Shown: one piece after another, positions 9,575 to 18,212 of the stretch | Layout of the letters: each line of letters starts with the position of its first letter | Position numbering within the stretch: position 1 is the stretch's first letter | NCBI GenBank assembly: GCA_017646745.1 | Contig: JAGCLY010000033.1 | Coordinates: 274 to 64,273, forward strand | Direction of reading: 5' to 3' | Length of the DNA: 64,000 bases | Source: Clostridia bacterium | Lineage (GTDB): Bacteria; Bacillota; Clostridia; Oscillospirales; CAG-272 | The notes under the pieces: generated by a model | Database searches by the model: none | What the model was told of the DNA's origin: nothing | The model's input: the letters and a program-made list of their open reading frames with translations, nothing else | Position numbers and translations under genes: made by a program

Positions 9575-10330
9575 TTACGCTTCCTCCTTTTCTACAAGAG
9601 TATTATTTTCGCTTGCGGAAACAAGCTCTGCATTCTCAGAGCAAGAAACTCTACCGCAGATAGATGCGGAGGGACAGCCCTCGCAGGAGAAGTTCTTTCT
9701 CTTCTCAGAGCCCGCCTTAGGACCAATCTTATTAACGATAGCGATGAGGATACCGTAAACAAGGAAGCCACCGGGAGCAGAGGTAAGAATAGGAATGTTG
9801 TACTCGGAGAGGACGGGAATGGTGATGCTCTCAAAGCCAAGTGCTGTAAGGTTGATAACACCGGTACCGAGAATTTCTCTGATAATCGCCATACCGAGAA
9901 GAGCTACAAGGAAGCCGATACCCATTCCAAGACCGTCGAGGGCGGAATCAAGAGGATTGTTCTTTCTTGCGTACATCTCAGCTCTACCGAGAATGATACA
10001 GTTAACTACTATCAGAGCAAGCCATGTGCCGAGCAAAGTATAAATTGCGGGAAGGTATGCCTGAAGAAGCGTCTGAATGATAGTAACAAAGCTCGCAATT
10101 ACTACGATGTAGCAGGGGATACGAACTGTGTCAGGAATAATTTTTCTCAGAAGAGAAATGAATACGTTGGAGCAAACGAGAACCAGGGTTGCGGCAATAC
10201 CCATGGATATTGCCGAAACGATACTGGTGGAAACTGCAAGAGCAGGACAGGTACCAAGGATAAGCACGAGAACGGGGTTCTCTGCGATAATGCCCTTAAG
10301 CACGATCCAAAGCTTACTGTTCTTATTCAT
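9575..10330 (-). CDS. rnfE: Rnf electron transport complex subunit E (with ~49-aa Cys-rich C-terminal extension)
   Basis: 251 aa containing NPVLVLILGTCPALAVS, typical of RnfE/NqrD. The tail carries SCEGCPSASICGRVSC. Confidence 0.9.
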   Translation of the reverse strand: MNKNSKLWIVLKGIIAENPVLVLILGTCPALAVSTSIVSAISMGIAATLVLVCSNVFISLLRKIIPDTVRIPCYIVVIASFVTIIQTLLQAYLPAIYTLLGTWLALIVVNCIILGRAEMYARKNNPLDSALDGLGMGIGFLVALLGMAIIREILGTGVINLTALGFESITIPVLSEYNIPILTSAPGGFLVYGILIAIVNKIGPKAGSEKRKNFSCEGCPSASICGRVSCSENAELVSASENNTLVEKEEA

Positions 10331-11535
10331 TAGTTGGCACCTCCTTCAATGATTACATAGGCCTCAAAGGCATAAAGAATAGCCTGCTTATAAGCCCTGG
10401 TACTTAATGTAGAGCCGGCTACAACGTTAACCTTACCGGATTCGGTCTGATCCTTACCGATAAAGTTGGAATTATACTTACCGTCCTCAAGGTTGTCCTT
10501 AACATAGTCGGGAGTTTCGCTATGAGAAAGAACAACAGAATCAATAACTCTGCCTTCAGCAGAAAGTGTAACACAAATACGAATATATTCGCCATTTCCG
10601 TGAGTATATCCGTCCATGTCACCCTTAATACCATAGCCTTCACCATTTACGTCGATAACGAAAATACCGCTTTCTGTTTTCTTAACAGAGGTAATAAGAC
10701 TATTAATTCCGCTGAATTCTGCCAGATCAACGTTGGTAAGCTTGTTAGCGCTTATCTTAGCTATAACGTTATCAATGATTTCCTTATTTTCAGCACTTAC
10801 TTCGCTTAAAATATTACCGTCAGCATCAAAAGCAACATAATCCTTGCCAACGATACAAACATAACCTGCTCCGTTGGTTGCCTCGTAAATACCCTTGATG
10901 GAAAGATCATCATAGGTATATATGTTACCGTCAATATCAACAACGGTAAACTTAATAAATTTACCCTCGCCTGCAGGAAGAGTATCATTAACGATTTCTT
11001 CTTCGGTACGAAGATCAGCAGAGCCACCGCCGAGAATAGTAGCAGCGTTGATAGCGTCAACAACTGCGCTGCGGTAAGCCTTAGTGGTCATAGTGGAGCC
11101 TGCAATAAGCTCAACTGCCTCTACGCCGGCCATATCCTTACCACTAAAGTTGCCGCCATAGGTCTTCTCGTCACCATTGGTTTCGTTAGAGGTAACGCAG
11201 GTTGCACCGGTTACAACACCGTCGGCGCTTACACCAACGATAAGAATCATGCCTGTGCCATAACCCTTGGTCTCAAGCTTGATGGCATATCCCATGCCGC
11301 TTGTTTCACGCTTAGCCTCTATAACAGTAGCGGGAAGAGTAAGACCGGTAAGATCAACAGTCTCGAATCCCTTTGCATCGGGCATAACAGCCATATAAGC
11401 TTCATCTGCAGCTGCAGCCATCTGCTTTTCGATAAGAGGTGCAGTTACCGAGTTGGTAAGTGCAAGAACTACTGCAAAGAAGGAACAGATAGCTACGAGA
11501 ACTACTACGTCCTTTAATGATTTTTTAATATCCAT
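10330..11535 (-). CDS. rnfG: Rnf electron transport complex subunit G, double FMN-binding-domain form
   Basis: 401 aa with an N-terminal TM and two FMN_bind-like modules ending ...IAGSTMTTKAYRSAV and ...VAGSTLSTRAYKQAI. Its position is between rnfD and rnfE. Confidence 0.85.
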   Translation of the reverse strand: MDIKKSLKDVVVLVAICSFFAVVLALTNSVTAPLIEKQMAAAADEAYMAVMPDAKGFETVDLTGLTLPATVIEAKRETSGMGYAIKLETKGYGTGMILIVGVSADGVVTGATCVTSNETNGDEKTYGGNFSGKDMAGVEAVELIAGSTMTTKAYRSAVVDAINAATILGGGSADLRTEEEIVNDTLPAGEGKFIKFTVVDIDGNIYTYDDLSIKGIYEATNGAGYVCIVGKDYVAFDADGNILSEVSAENKEIIDNVIAKISANKLTNVDLAEFSGINSLITSVKKTESGIFVIDVNGEGYGIKGDMDGYTHGNGEYIRICVTLSAEGRVIDSVVLSHSETPDYVKDNLEDGKYNSNFIGKDQTESGKVNVVAGSTLSTRAYKQAILYAFEAYVIIEGGAN

Positions 11536-12461
11536 TATTTGCTACCTCTCTTTCCGAAGGCCTTGGGTTTAGTCCAGCTTTCAATATAGGGAGAAAGTAT
11601 GTTCATAAGAAGAATTGCGAAGGAAACTCCCTCGGGATAGTTACCGTACATTCTGATAAGGAAGGTAATGAGACCGCAGCCGAAAGCAAAGATCATCTTA
11701 CCGGTACGGGTAATGGGAGTAGTAACGTAGTCGGTTGCCATAAATACAGCACCGAATACAAGACCGCCACCGAGAACGTGATAAAGAGCTGTGTTAACGT
11801 CACCTGTTACGATAAGGGTAAGAAGGAAAACGGTAGCAACCATGATAAGGGGAGTCTCAAAGTGAATTACTCTACGGAATACAAGATAAGCAAAGCCGAT
11901 AACGAGAGCGATAATGCAAGCCTCGCCGATAGAGCCGCCTCTGTTACCGAGGAGCATGTCCATAAGATCAGGAAGCTTTTCACCGTTTGCAAGCTGCTCA
12001 AGGGGAGTAGCGCCTGCCTTAAGATCAACAGGATTTGCACCACCGGCAAGAGTGCTGCTGAAGCAAACGAGAAGGAAAACTCTAGCGGTAGCGGCAGGGT
12101 TAGCAAAGTTTGCGCCAAGGCCGCCGAAGAGGCACTTAACTACGATAATTGCGAACGCAGAGCCGATAACGCACTGCCAAACGGGAGCATTAGCATGAAG
12201 GCTAAGACCGAGGATAAGACCTGTGATTATTGCAGTAAAGTCAAATACACTCTGCTCTCTCTTAGTAGCAAGGTTGAAGAGGAATTCCGAAACAACCGAT
12301 GTAAGCACACAGGTGAATACAACGAGAAGCGAACGGATGCCGTAGATAATAGTACCTGCAATAAGAGCAGGAATAAGAGCAATAATAACGTCCAGCATTA
12401 TGCGAGGTGTGTCATTATTAGTTCTAATGTGAGGGGAGGATGAAACTATAAGCTTATTCAT
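11535..12461 (-). CDS. rnfD: Rnf electron transport complex subunit D
   Basis: 308 aa polytopic protein starting SSSPHIR, with ...FMATDYVTTP (FMN attachment region), typical of RnfD/NqrB. Confidence 0.92.
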   Translation of the reverse strand: MNKLIVSSSPHIRTNNDTPRIMLDVIIALIPALIAGTIIYGIRSLLVVFTCVLTSVVSEFLFNLATKREQSVFDFTAIITGLILGLSLHANAPVWQCVIGSAFAIIVVKCLFGGLGANFANPAATARVFLLVCFSSTLAGGANPVDLKAGATPLEQLANGEKLPDLMDMLLGNRGGSIGEACIIALVIGFAYLVFRRVIHFETPLIMVATVFLLTLIVTGDVNTALYHVLGGGLVFGAVFMATDYVTTPITRTGKMIFAFGCGLITFLIRMYGNYPEGVSFAILLMNILSPYIESWTKPKAFGKRGSK

Positions 12462-12477
12462 TTCTCAATATACCTCC

Positions 12478-13800
12478 TTAATTATTTTTAGACGCAAGGG
12501 TCTTGCGCAGATCTGCCTTAGCCAGCTTGTTATTTTCAACAAGAGGACGGCGAGAGGGACAAACGTAAGAGCAGCAGCCACAGTCAATACAGCTGAGCAC
12601 GCTCGCCTTCTCAAGCATAGCGGCACGATCGTTTTTGTCAGAAATATTCATCGCCTTAACAAATGCGGTAGGATTAAGTCCTACGGGACAGTTCTGAATA
12701 CACTTACCGCAGTGGATACAGGGATACTGTGTCTTGGGAAGAGAATCAGCCTTGTTAAGAGCAATAACCGCGCTGGTATTCTTGTAGATAGGATCATCAA
12801 GATTGTAAGCGGCAATACCCATCATAGGGCCACCGTAAAGCACCTTGCCGAGATTATTAAAATCTGCATCTGCAAAAGTAAGAATATCACGAAGGCTTGT
12901 GCCTATGGGAGCGGTAACATTCTTAGGTGACTTAACAGCAGAGCCGTCTACGGTAACGGTCTTCCATACAAAAGGAATACCGGTCTCAAGGTAATGAGCC
13001 ATAAATGCAACAGATGTTACGTTGAACATAACGCATCCAACGTCAGAGGGGAGCTTGCCCTCGGGCACTACTCTGCCGGTGAGATTGTAGATAAGGATCT
13101 TCTCTGCTCCCTGAGGATAAATAGAGGGAAGAACCTCAATACGCACCTTAGGATCATCCTTAAGAAGTGCGGTAAGCTTTGCAATAGCATCAGGCTTATT
13201 TTCTTCAATAGCAATAACTATCTGCTGAGGACCGGGAATAAACTTCTCAATAAGCTTTACGCCGCGAGCAACATACTCTGCACCGTCAATCATAGTACGG
13301 TTATCAATGGTAATATAGGGCTCGCACTCTGCACCGTTAACAATGATCATATCGATCTTCTTGTTAATAGCATTCTCAAGCTTGTTTGCAGTAGGGAAGC
13401 CTGCTCCGCCAAGACCAACAAGACCACTCTCACGAATAGCCTGACAAAGATCCTCTGCACTGTTAACAACGGGAGGAGTAATGCCGGGATCGAGAGTCAT
13501 CTTTCCATCGGATTCGATAGTAATAGCCTGACAGCTCTTACCGTTGGCGAGAAGAAAATCGCCAATCTTCTTTACAATACCCGATACGGGTGAGTGGATC
13601 GCAGCGCTGACCTTTCCGTCTGCTTCTGCAACCTTGGTTCCGACGCAAACCTGCTGTCCAACCTTAACGATGGGAAGAGCGGGAGCGCCGATGTACTGTG
13701 ACATAGGAAGAACTACAGTATTCGGGGTAGAAATTCTTGCGTCCTTCATGTCTGCGGTATGCTTTTTGTGAGGAAGTTTCAAATTTCCTATTCTAAACAT
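12478..13800 (-). CDS. rnfC: Rnf electron transport complex subunit C
   Basis: Contains GLGGAGFP plus CIHCGKCIQNCP and CIDCGCCSYVCP (2x[4Fe-4S]). I prefer the start at 13800 (MFRIGNL...), which has a GGAGAG RBS 7 nt upstream; the ORF-track start at 13815 is the alternative. Confidence 0.9.
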   Translation of the reverse strand: MFRIGNLKLPHKKHTADMKDARISTPNTVVLPMSQYIGAPALPIVKVGQQVCVGTKVAEADGKVSAAIHSPVSGIVKKIGDFLLANGKSCQAITIESDGKMTLDPGITPPVVNSAEDLCQAIRESGLVGLGGAGFPTANKLENAINKKIDMIIVNGAECEPYITIDNRTMIDGAEYVARGVKLIEKFIPGPQQIVIAIEENKPDAIAKLTALLKDDPKVRIEVLPSIYPQGAEKILIYNLTGRVVPEGKLPSDVGCVMFNVTSVAFMAHYLETGIPFVWKTVTVDGSAVKSPKNVTAPIGTSLRDILTFADADFNNLGKVLYGGPMMGIAAYNLDDPIYKNTSAVIALNKADSLPKTQYPCIHCGKCIQNCPVGLNPTAFVKAMNISDKNDRAAMLEKASVLSCIDCGCCSYVCPSRRPLVENNKLAKADLRKTLASKNN

Positions 13801-13992
13801 TCGCTTTCTCTCCATTCTGCCGCTTTTACGGCGAGTTTTAATTTTTATTTATTAGTATTAGATCTAAAATAATTAAATATTTATTTCGTTGCATCTTTTT
13901 AATGATAACATAATAATAAAGAAAAGTCAAGTATAGAAAACTACAAATTATTTCTCATTAATACCAAATAAAGTAAAAAGAACATAAAAAAA

Positions 13993-14022
13993 GGAAAATG
14001 CGGAGGTTAATCCGCATTTTCC
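13993..14022 (-). terminator. Rho-independent terminator of the DUF4190-like gene
   Basis: Stem ggaaaatgcgga/tccgcattttcc, followed on the minus strand by a T-run of at least 7. Confidence 0.75.
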
Positions 14023-14029
14023 ATATTGA

Positions 14030-14368
14030 TTACATAAAGAATGTCTTAATCACGTCGGCAAATATTATTCCCGAAAGAGAGAATACAACACCGAAGATAG
14101 CAATTATAAGACCAAAGAGCGAGGGCTTGTCAAAATATTCAAGATTTTTCCTCGAAATTACAGCGCAGACCCCCGCCGCAAGGCTGAGAATAAGTCCCAC
14201 CCAGGAAAAATATACGAGAAGGATAGACAAAATCGCAAGCGCAAGGGATATGACAGACCACGTGCGTTTTTGCTGCTTGTCCTGCATAACATTTTTGTAA
14301 ACGTAATTTACGTCATCACCGGTATCCTCAGCGCCAACTCCGGATTTCTCGTTAAACTCAGTGCTCAT
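14030..14368 (-). CDS. Small membrane protein (DUF4190-like)
   Basis: 112 aa with an acidic N-terminus and three TM segments (WSVISLALAILSILLV..., GLILSLAAGVCAVI, LFGLIIAIFGVVFSL). Confidence 0.55.
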   Translation of the reverse strand: MSTEFNEKSGVGAEDTGDDVNYVYKNVMQDKQQKRTWSVISLALAILSILLVYFSWVGLILSLAAGVCAVISRKNLEYFDKPSLFGLIIAIFGVVFSLSGIIFADVIKTFFM

Positions 14369-14570
14369 ATTACCTCTCCTTTGCTTTTTTCAATATTTTA
14401 GCACACTTTTTCAAAATAATCAATGCTTTATGAAAAAAAGTTGTTTTTTGTCTTTTTTAGCTTCATCTATCTATGCATGAATATTTTTCTCCTTTGTATC
14501 GAATAATTATATTAAAAGTGCGTTTTTTAGCACAAAAAGTAAAATACACTTTACATTTTATGGAGAAATT

Positions 14571-15014
14571 ATGAATTCTGAAGCAAAAAAACAGTTGATA
14601 AAGAAGCATTCACCCGGCTCAAGCTTGTTCAAAGATTTAATTCTTTCTTTCATTTTTGGAGGGGGGATTTGCGTCATAGGACAGCTTTTATTCGAGCTTT
14701 ACACAACACTGGGTCTTGATAAAAAGCTGTCCTCAACGGTTGTTACGGTAACCTTGATTTTTATTGCAGCATTGCTTACTGCGCTAGGAATATTCGATAA
14801 AATCGCCAAGCACGCAGGTGCAGGAACTCTGGTACCTGTAACAGGCTTTTCCAATGCCGTGGTCAGTCAGGCTATGGATGCAAAAAGCGAGGGATACGTG
14901 CTTGGTGTTGGTGCAAAAATTTATACCGTAGCAGGCCCGGTAATACTTTTCGGACTGTTAAGCGGTGTTGTTTACGGCGTAATATACTACATTTACAGTC
15001 TGCTTGGAGGATAA
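14571..15014 (+). CDS. spoVAC: Stage V sporulation protein AC
   Basis: 147 aa containing ...FIFGGGICVIGQ...AGAGTLVPVTGFSNAV..., typical of SpoVAC. Confidence 0.9.
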   Translation: MNSEAKKQLIKKHSPGSSLFKDLILSFIFGGGICVIGQLLFELYTTLGLDKKLSSTVVTVTLIFIAALLTALGIFDKIAKHAGAGTLVPVTGFSNAVVSQAMDAKSEGYVLGVGAKIYTVAGPVILFGLLSGVVYGVIYYIYSLLGG

Positions 15015-15016
15015 TT

Positions 15017-16030
15017 ATGAAAAGAATCACTAAGATTAATAGCGATATTCATTTTAAAAGCTGGGCCGCAGTAGGCGGATATGAGGAGAGGCGAGGACCG
15101 CTGGGAGAAAAATTCGACTTCTGCGACATGTCAGACAAATTCGGACAAACCACATGGGAAATTGCTGAAGCGGAGATGGGGCGAGTTGCGTTAAACACAG
15201 CCCTGTCAAAATCCGGATTGTCACACAGCGATATAGAGCTGTTGGTGGCAGGAGATTTACAAAACCAATGCGTTGCCTCATCAACCGGACTTTCAAGCTT
15301 CGGTATCCCCTTCCTCGGTATTTACGGCGCCTGCTCTACCTGTACTGAATCAATAATGACCCTATCGGCATTTATGAATTCATCAGAAACTATGCAGATG
15401 GGAGGGGCTGTAACAAGCTCTCATAACTCGGCAGCAGAGAGACAGTTCAGAACTCCAATCGAATACGGAGGACAGCGAGCACCTACTGCGCAATGGACAT
15501 CAACCGCTGCAGGAGCATTTATTCTTTGCAGAGGACGGGGTGACGTTATGATAACAGAATATATGCCCGGAAGAATTGTTGACGGCTCTACCTCAGACGG
15601 AGCAAATATGGGTGGTGCTATGGCATTCGCCGCATTTGACAGCATTTACGCCTATTTTGAGGAATCGGGAGAAAATCCCCATAATATTGATGCAATAATA
15701 ACAGGCGACCTTGGTCGTGTAGGCTCGGACATTCTGCGAGAAATGCTGTCAAAGGAGTTGCCCGGTACCGAAGCGCTGCACAACGATTGCGGTCTTTTAC
15801 TCTATGATATGAAAAATCAGGATGCCCATAGCGGAGCCTCGGGATGCGGAACGTCTGCATCGGTTCTGGCATGTCATTTTCTGCCTATGCTGGCGGAAGG
15901 GAGATTAAGACGGATACTCTTTCTCTCCACCGGTGCGCTGATGAGCCCGTCCAGCCTTTTGCAGGGAGAAAATATTTACGGTATAGCGCCGCTTATAAGA
16001 CTGGAATCTGGTAAGGAGACAAATAAATGA
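15017..16030 (+). CDS. spoVAD: Stage V sporulation protein AD
   Basis: 337 aa thiolase-like fold protein containing ...TWEIAEAEM...GIYGACST.... It lies between spoVAC and spoVAE. Confidence 0.9.
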   Translation: MKRITKINSDIHFKSWAAVGGYEERRGPLGEKFDFCDMSDKFGQTTWEIAEAEMGRVALNTALSKSGLSHSDIELLVAGDLQNQCVASSTGLSSFGIPFLGIYGACSTCTESIMTLSAFMNSSETMQMGGAVTSSHNSAAERQFRTPIEYGGQRAPTAQWTSTAAGAFILCRGRGDVMITEYMPGRIVDGSTSDGANMGGAMAFAAFDSIYAYFEESGENPHNIDAIITGDLGRVGSDILREMLSKELPGTEALHNDCGLLLYDMKNQDAHSGASGCGTSASVLACHFLPMLAEGRLRRILFLSTGALMSPSSLLQGENIYGIAPLIRLESGKETNK

Positions 16031-16398
16031 GCATGACAGAGCAATTAATATTAACCTTTATTTCGGGCGGAATAATATGCGCCATAGCTCAGGTTTTAAT
16101 AGACTTGACAAGAATCACTCCGGCAAGAATTCTTGTTATATACGTGTCGGTAGGCGTACTGCTTTTTGCAGTAGGAGTGTACGAGCCAATGTATGAAATT
16201 TTCGGCTCCGGAGTCAGCGTTCCGCTCATCGGATTTGGCGCAAATATTGCAAGAGGAGTGCGTGAGGCGGTGGATAAAGAAGGCTTTATTGGAGCACTTA
16301 CCGGCGGTCTTGCCGCCTCGTCTGCAGGTATTACCTCGGCGCTGCTTTTCGGCCTTTTCGCCTCGCTTTTATTCAAAACAAAATCAAAACGAATGTAA
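16027..16398 (+). CDS. spoVAE: Stage V sporulation protein AE (AEb type)
   Basis: 123 aa containing ...FISGGIICAIAQ...VPLIGFGANIARG..., a paralogue pattern of SpoVAC. It overlaps spoVAD by 4 nt. Confidence 0.85.
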   Translation: MSMTEQLILTFISGGIICAIAQVLIDLTRITPARILVIYVSVGVLLFAVGVYEPMYEIFGSGVSVPLIGFGANIARGVREAVDKEGFIGALTGGLAASSAGITSALLFGLFASLLFKTKSKRM

Positions 16399-16531
16399 AC
16401 AATTCTTTAAAAAGCTACCATAAATTTATGTAAATATTTTTTTACACTAAATCTTGATTTTTCTTATTATATATGTTATAATATAGTGTATTAATATATA
16501 AAGACGGAAAAAGACAGAAAGGAAAATCAAG

Positions 16532-17941
16532 ATGAACGAGCTTTTTGAAATATCAATGGCAATGAAGGAAGAGCTTAGAGCAAAGCTTGGCTCTCCGCAA
16601 TCCTCGTTCGACCTCTGGTTCGGAGATTTCAACCTTACCTCTCTCGACGAAAACCGTGCGGTGTTCTCTACACCCACCAAGTTGAGAAAGCAGATACTCT
16701 CCACCAGATACATAACGCTTATCAAGGAAACGATGACAGACGTTATCGGCTTCCCGGTTGAGATAGAAATTTATTCTCTTGACGAGGATTCCGGCTTCAC
16801 GCCCGGCGTGATCACTCCCACCGAAAATATGGATAAATATTTCGAGAAGGAGGCGCTTGAAAAGAGCGAACGTAAGGAAAAGAAAATAGAGGAGATTCTC
16901 AACACCGCCGCTACAGAGAAAAAATCTCTGCTAGACGAATACACCTTTGAGAACTTCATTGAGGGTGAGTCCAATAAGATGGCGAAGGCGGTATGCTTTG
17001 CAGTAGCAAACGGTATGTCCTCCGACTACAACCCCCTCTTCCTTTACGGTCACTCCGGTCTTGGTAAGACTCACCTTCTTTATGCGATAATGAATCATAT
17101 GAAGAAGAGAGACCCTGGCATCAAGATCGTGTATAAGAAGAGCGAGACCTTTATCAATGAGCTTATCGATGCAATCTCCAGCCACTCTACCTCAGAGTTT
17201 AAGGAAAAGTACCGTTCGGCAGATGTGCTTATGATAGACGATATTCAGTTCATCGCAGGTAAGGAGTCAACTCAGGAGGAATTCTTCCATACCTTCTCGG
17301 CACTCTACGAGGCAGAGAAGATGATCATTCTCACCTCCGACCGTCCTCCCATGGAGATCAATCCTCTTATGGAAAGACTTCGTACCAGATTCGAGTGGGG
17401 ACTTGTTGCCGACATTCAGCCCCCTTCATTCGAGCTGAGAATTGCGATAATCAAGAAAAAGTCGAAGGACATGGGTCTCTCCATTCCCTCTCATCTTATC
17501 GACTATATTGCTCAGCGTCTTAACAACAACATCAGACAGATTGAGGGAATCCTCAAAAAGCTCTATGCTATCCATTCCTTCACAGGTCTTGAGATAACTA
17601 AGGAATCCATCGACAGCGTTATATCTATCGTAGATCCCGGTAACATTCCAAACGATGCTATGGTAGAGAAGATTCTTCTCCACGTGAGTAAGAAGTACGG
17701 CGTATCGGTCGAGGATATGAAGTCCAAGAAAAAGACCGACAGAATTGCCGGTGCAAGACACGTTTCGGTTTATATTATAAGAAAGCTTACCGACCTTTCG
17801 CTTAAGGAGATAGGTAAGATATTCGGCAGAGATTATTCCACCGTTATTTCTTCTATTAATAAAATCGACCTGAATATAAAAACGGTCAAGAACTACGAGG
17901 GTGAAATCAACCTGCTTATCAAGGAAATTAAGGGAATATAG
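16532..17941 (+). CDS. dnaA: Chromosomal replication initiator protein DnaA
   Basis: 469 aa with Walker A GHSGLGKTHLL, Walker B LMIDDIQF, and the domain IV stretch ...RIAGARHVSVYIIRKLTDLSLKEIGKIFGRDYSTV. Confidence 0.97.
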   Translation: MNELFEISMAMKEELRAKLGSPQSSFDLWFGDFNLTSLDENRAVFSTPTKLRKQILSTRYITLIKETMTDVIGFPVEIEIYSLDEDSGFTPGVITPTENMDKYFEKEALEKSERKEKKIEEILNTAATEKKSLLDEYTFENFIEGESNKMAKAVCFAVANGMSSDYNPLFLYGHSGLGKTHLLYAIMNHMKKRDPGIKIVYKKSETFINELIDAISSHSTSEFKEKYRSADVLMIDDIQFIAGKESTQEEFFHTFSALYEAEKMIILTSDRPPMEINPLMERLRTRFEWGLVADIQPPSFELRIAIIKKKSKDMGLSIPSHLIDYIAQRLNNNIRQIEGILKKLYAIHSFTGLEITKESIDSVISIVDPGNIPNDAMVEKILLHVSKKYGVSVEDMKSKKKTDRIAGARHVSVYIIRKLTDLSLKEIGKIFGRDYSTVISSINKIDLNIKTVKNYEGEINLLIKEIKGI

Positions 17942-18127
17942 TTTTCAACATGGCGATGTTGAAATGTTGATAAAACCCTGTTGGTGAAATATTGCTTTAG
18001 CGTTGATAAAGATGTGCTTAACTCCGCTATTTTTCACTCCTCGGTTATTCTATATCCGATGTTGACAAAAAATCGGCGAAAAAGCGAGTAAATTCAAGGG
18101 TTTTCGGAAATATCCACAGTTTCAACA
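17942..18127. promoter_or_regulatory. DnaA-box cluster in the dnaA-dnaN spacer (candidate oriC segment)
   Basis: ATATCCACA at 18110-18118 is 1 mismatch from TTATCCACA. TCAACA-type boxes are TTTTCAACA 17942-17950, TGTTGAAAT 17957-17965, TGTTGATAA 17965-17973, CGTTGATAA 18001-18009, TGTTGACAA 18060-18068 and GTTTCAACA 18119-18127. Confidence 0.55.
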
Positions 18128-18212
18128 CCCCCTACTACTATAACCACAACCATAAATATAAAAACACACTCTCTATTCTTCGGCCCTCCGGTTCGAAGAG
18201 AAAGGAAATAAA

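Noticed and set aside
14475-14506. Forespore (SigG/SigF-type) promoter upstream of spoVAC (GCATG-18 nt-ATCGAATAA)
   Set aside because: It is biologically plausible, but the -10 match to CATnnTA is imperfect. I cannot support it from sequence alone.
16399-16531. DnaA-box cluster upstream of dnaA (incA/incB equivalent)
   Set aside because: The 133-bp spacer is AT-rich, but the best candidate (TTTTACACT) has at least 2 mismatches, and none of the TCAACA-type 9-mers occur there.
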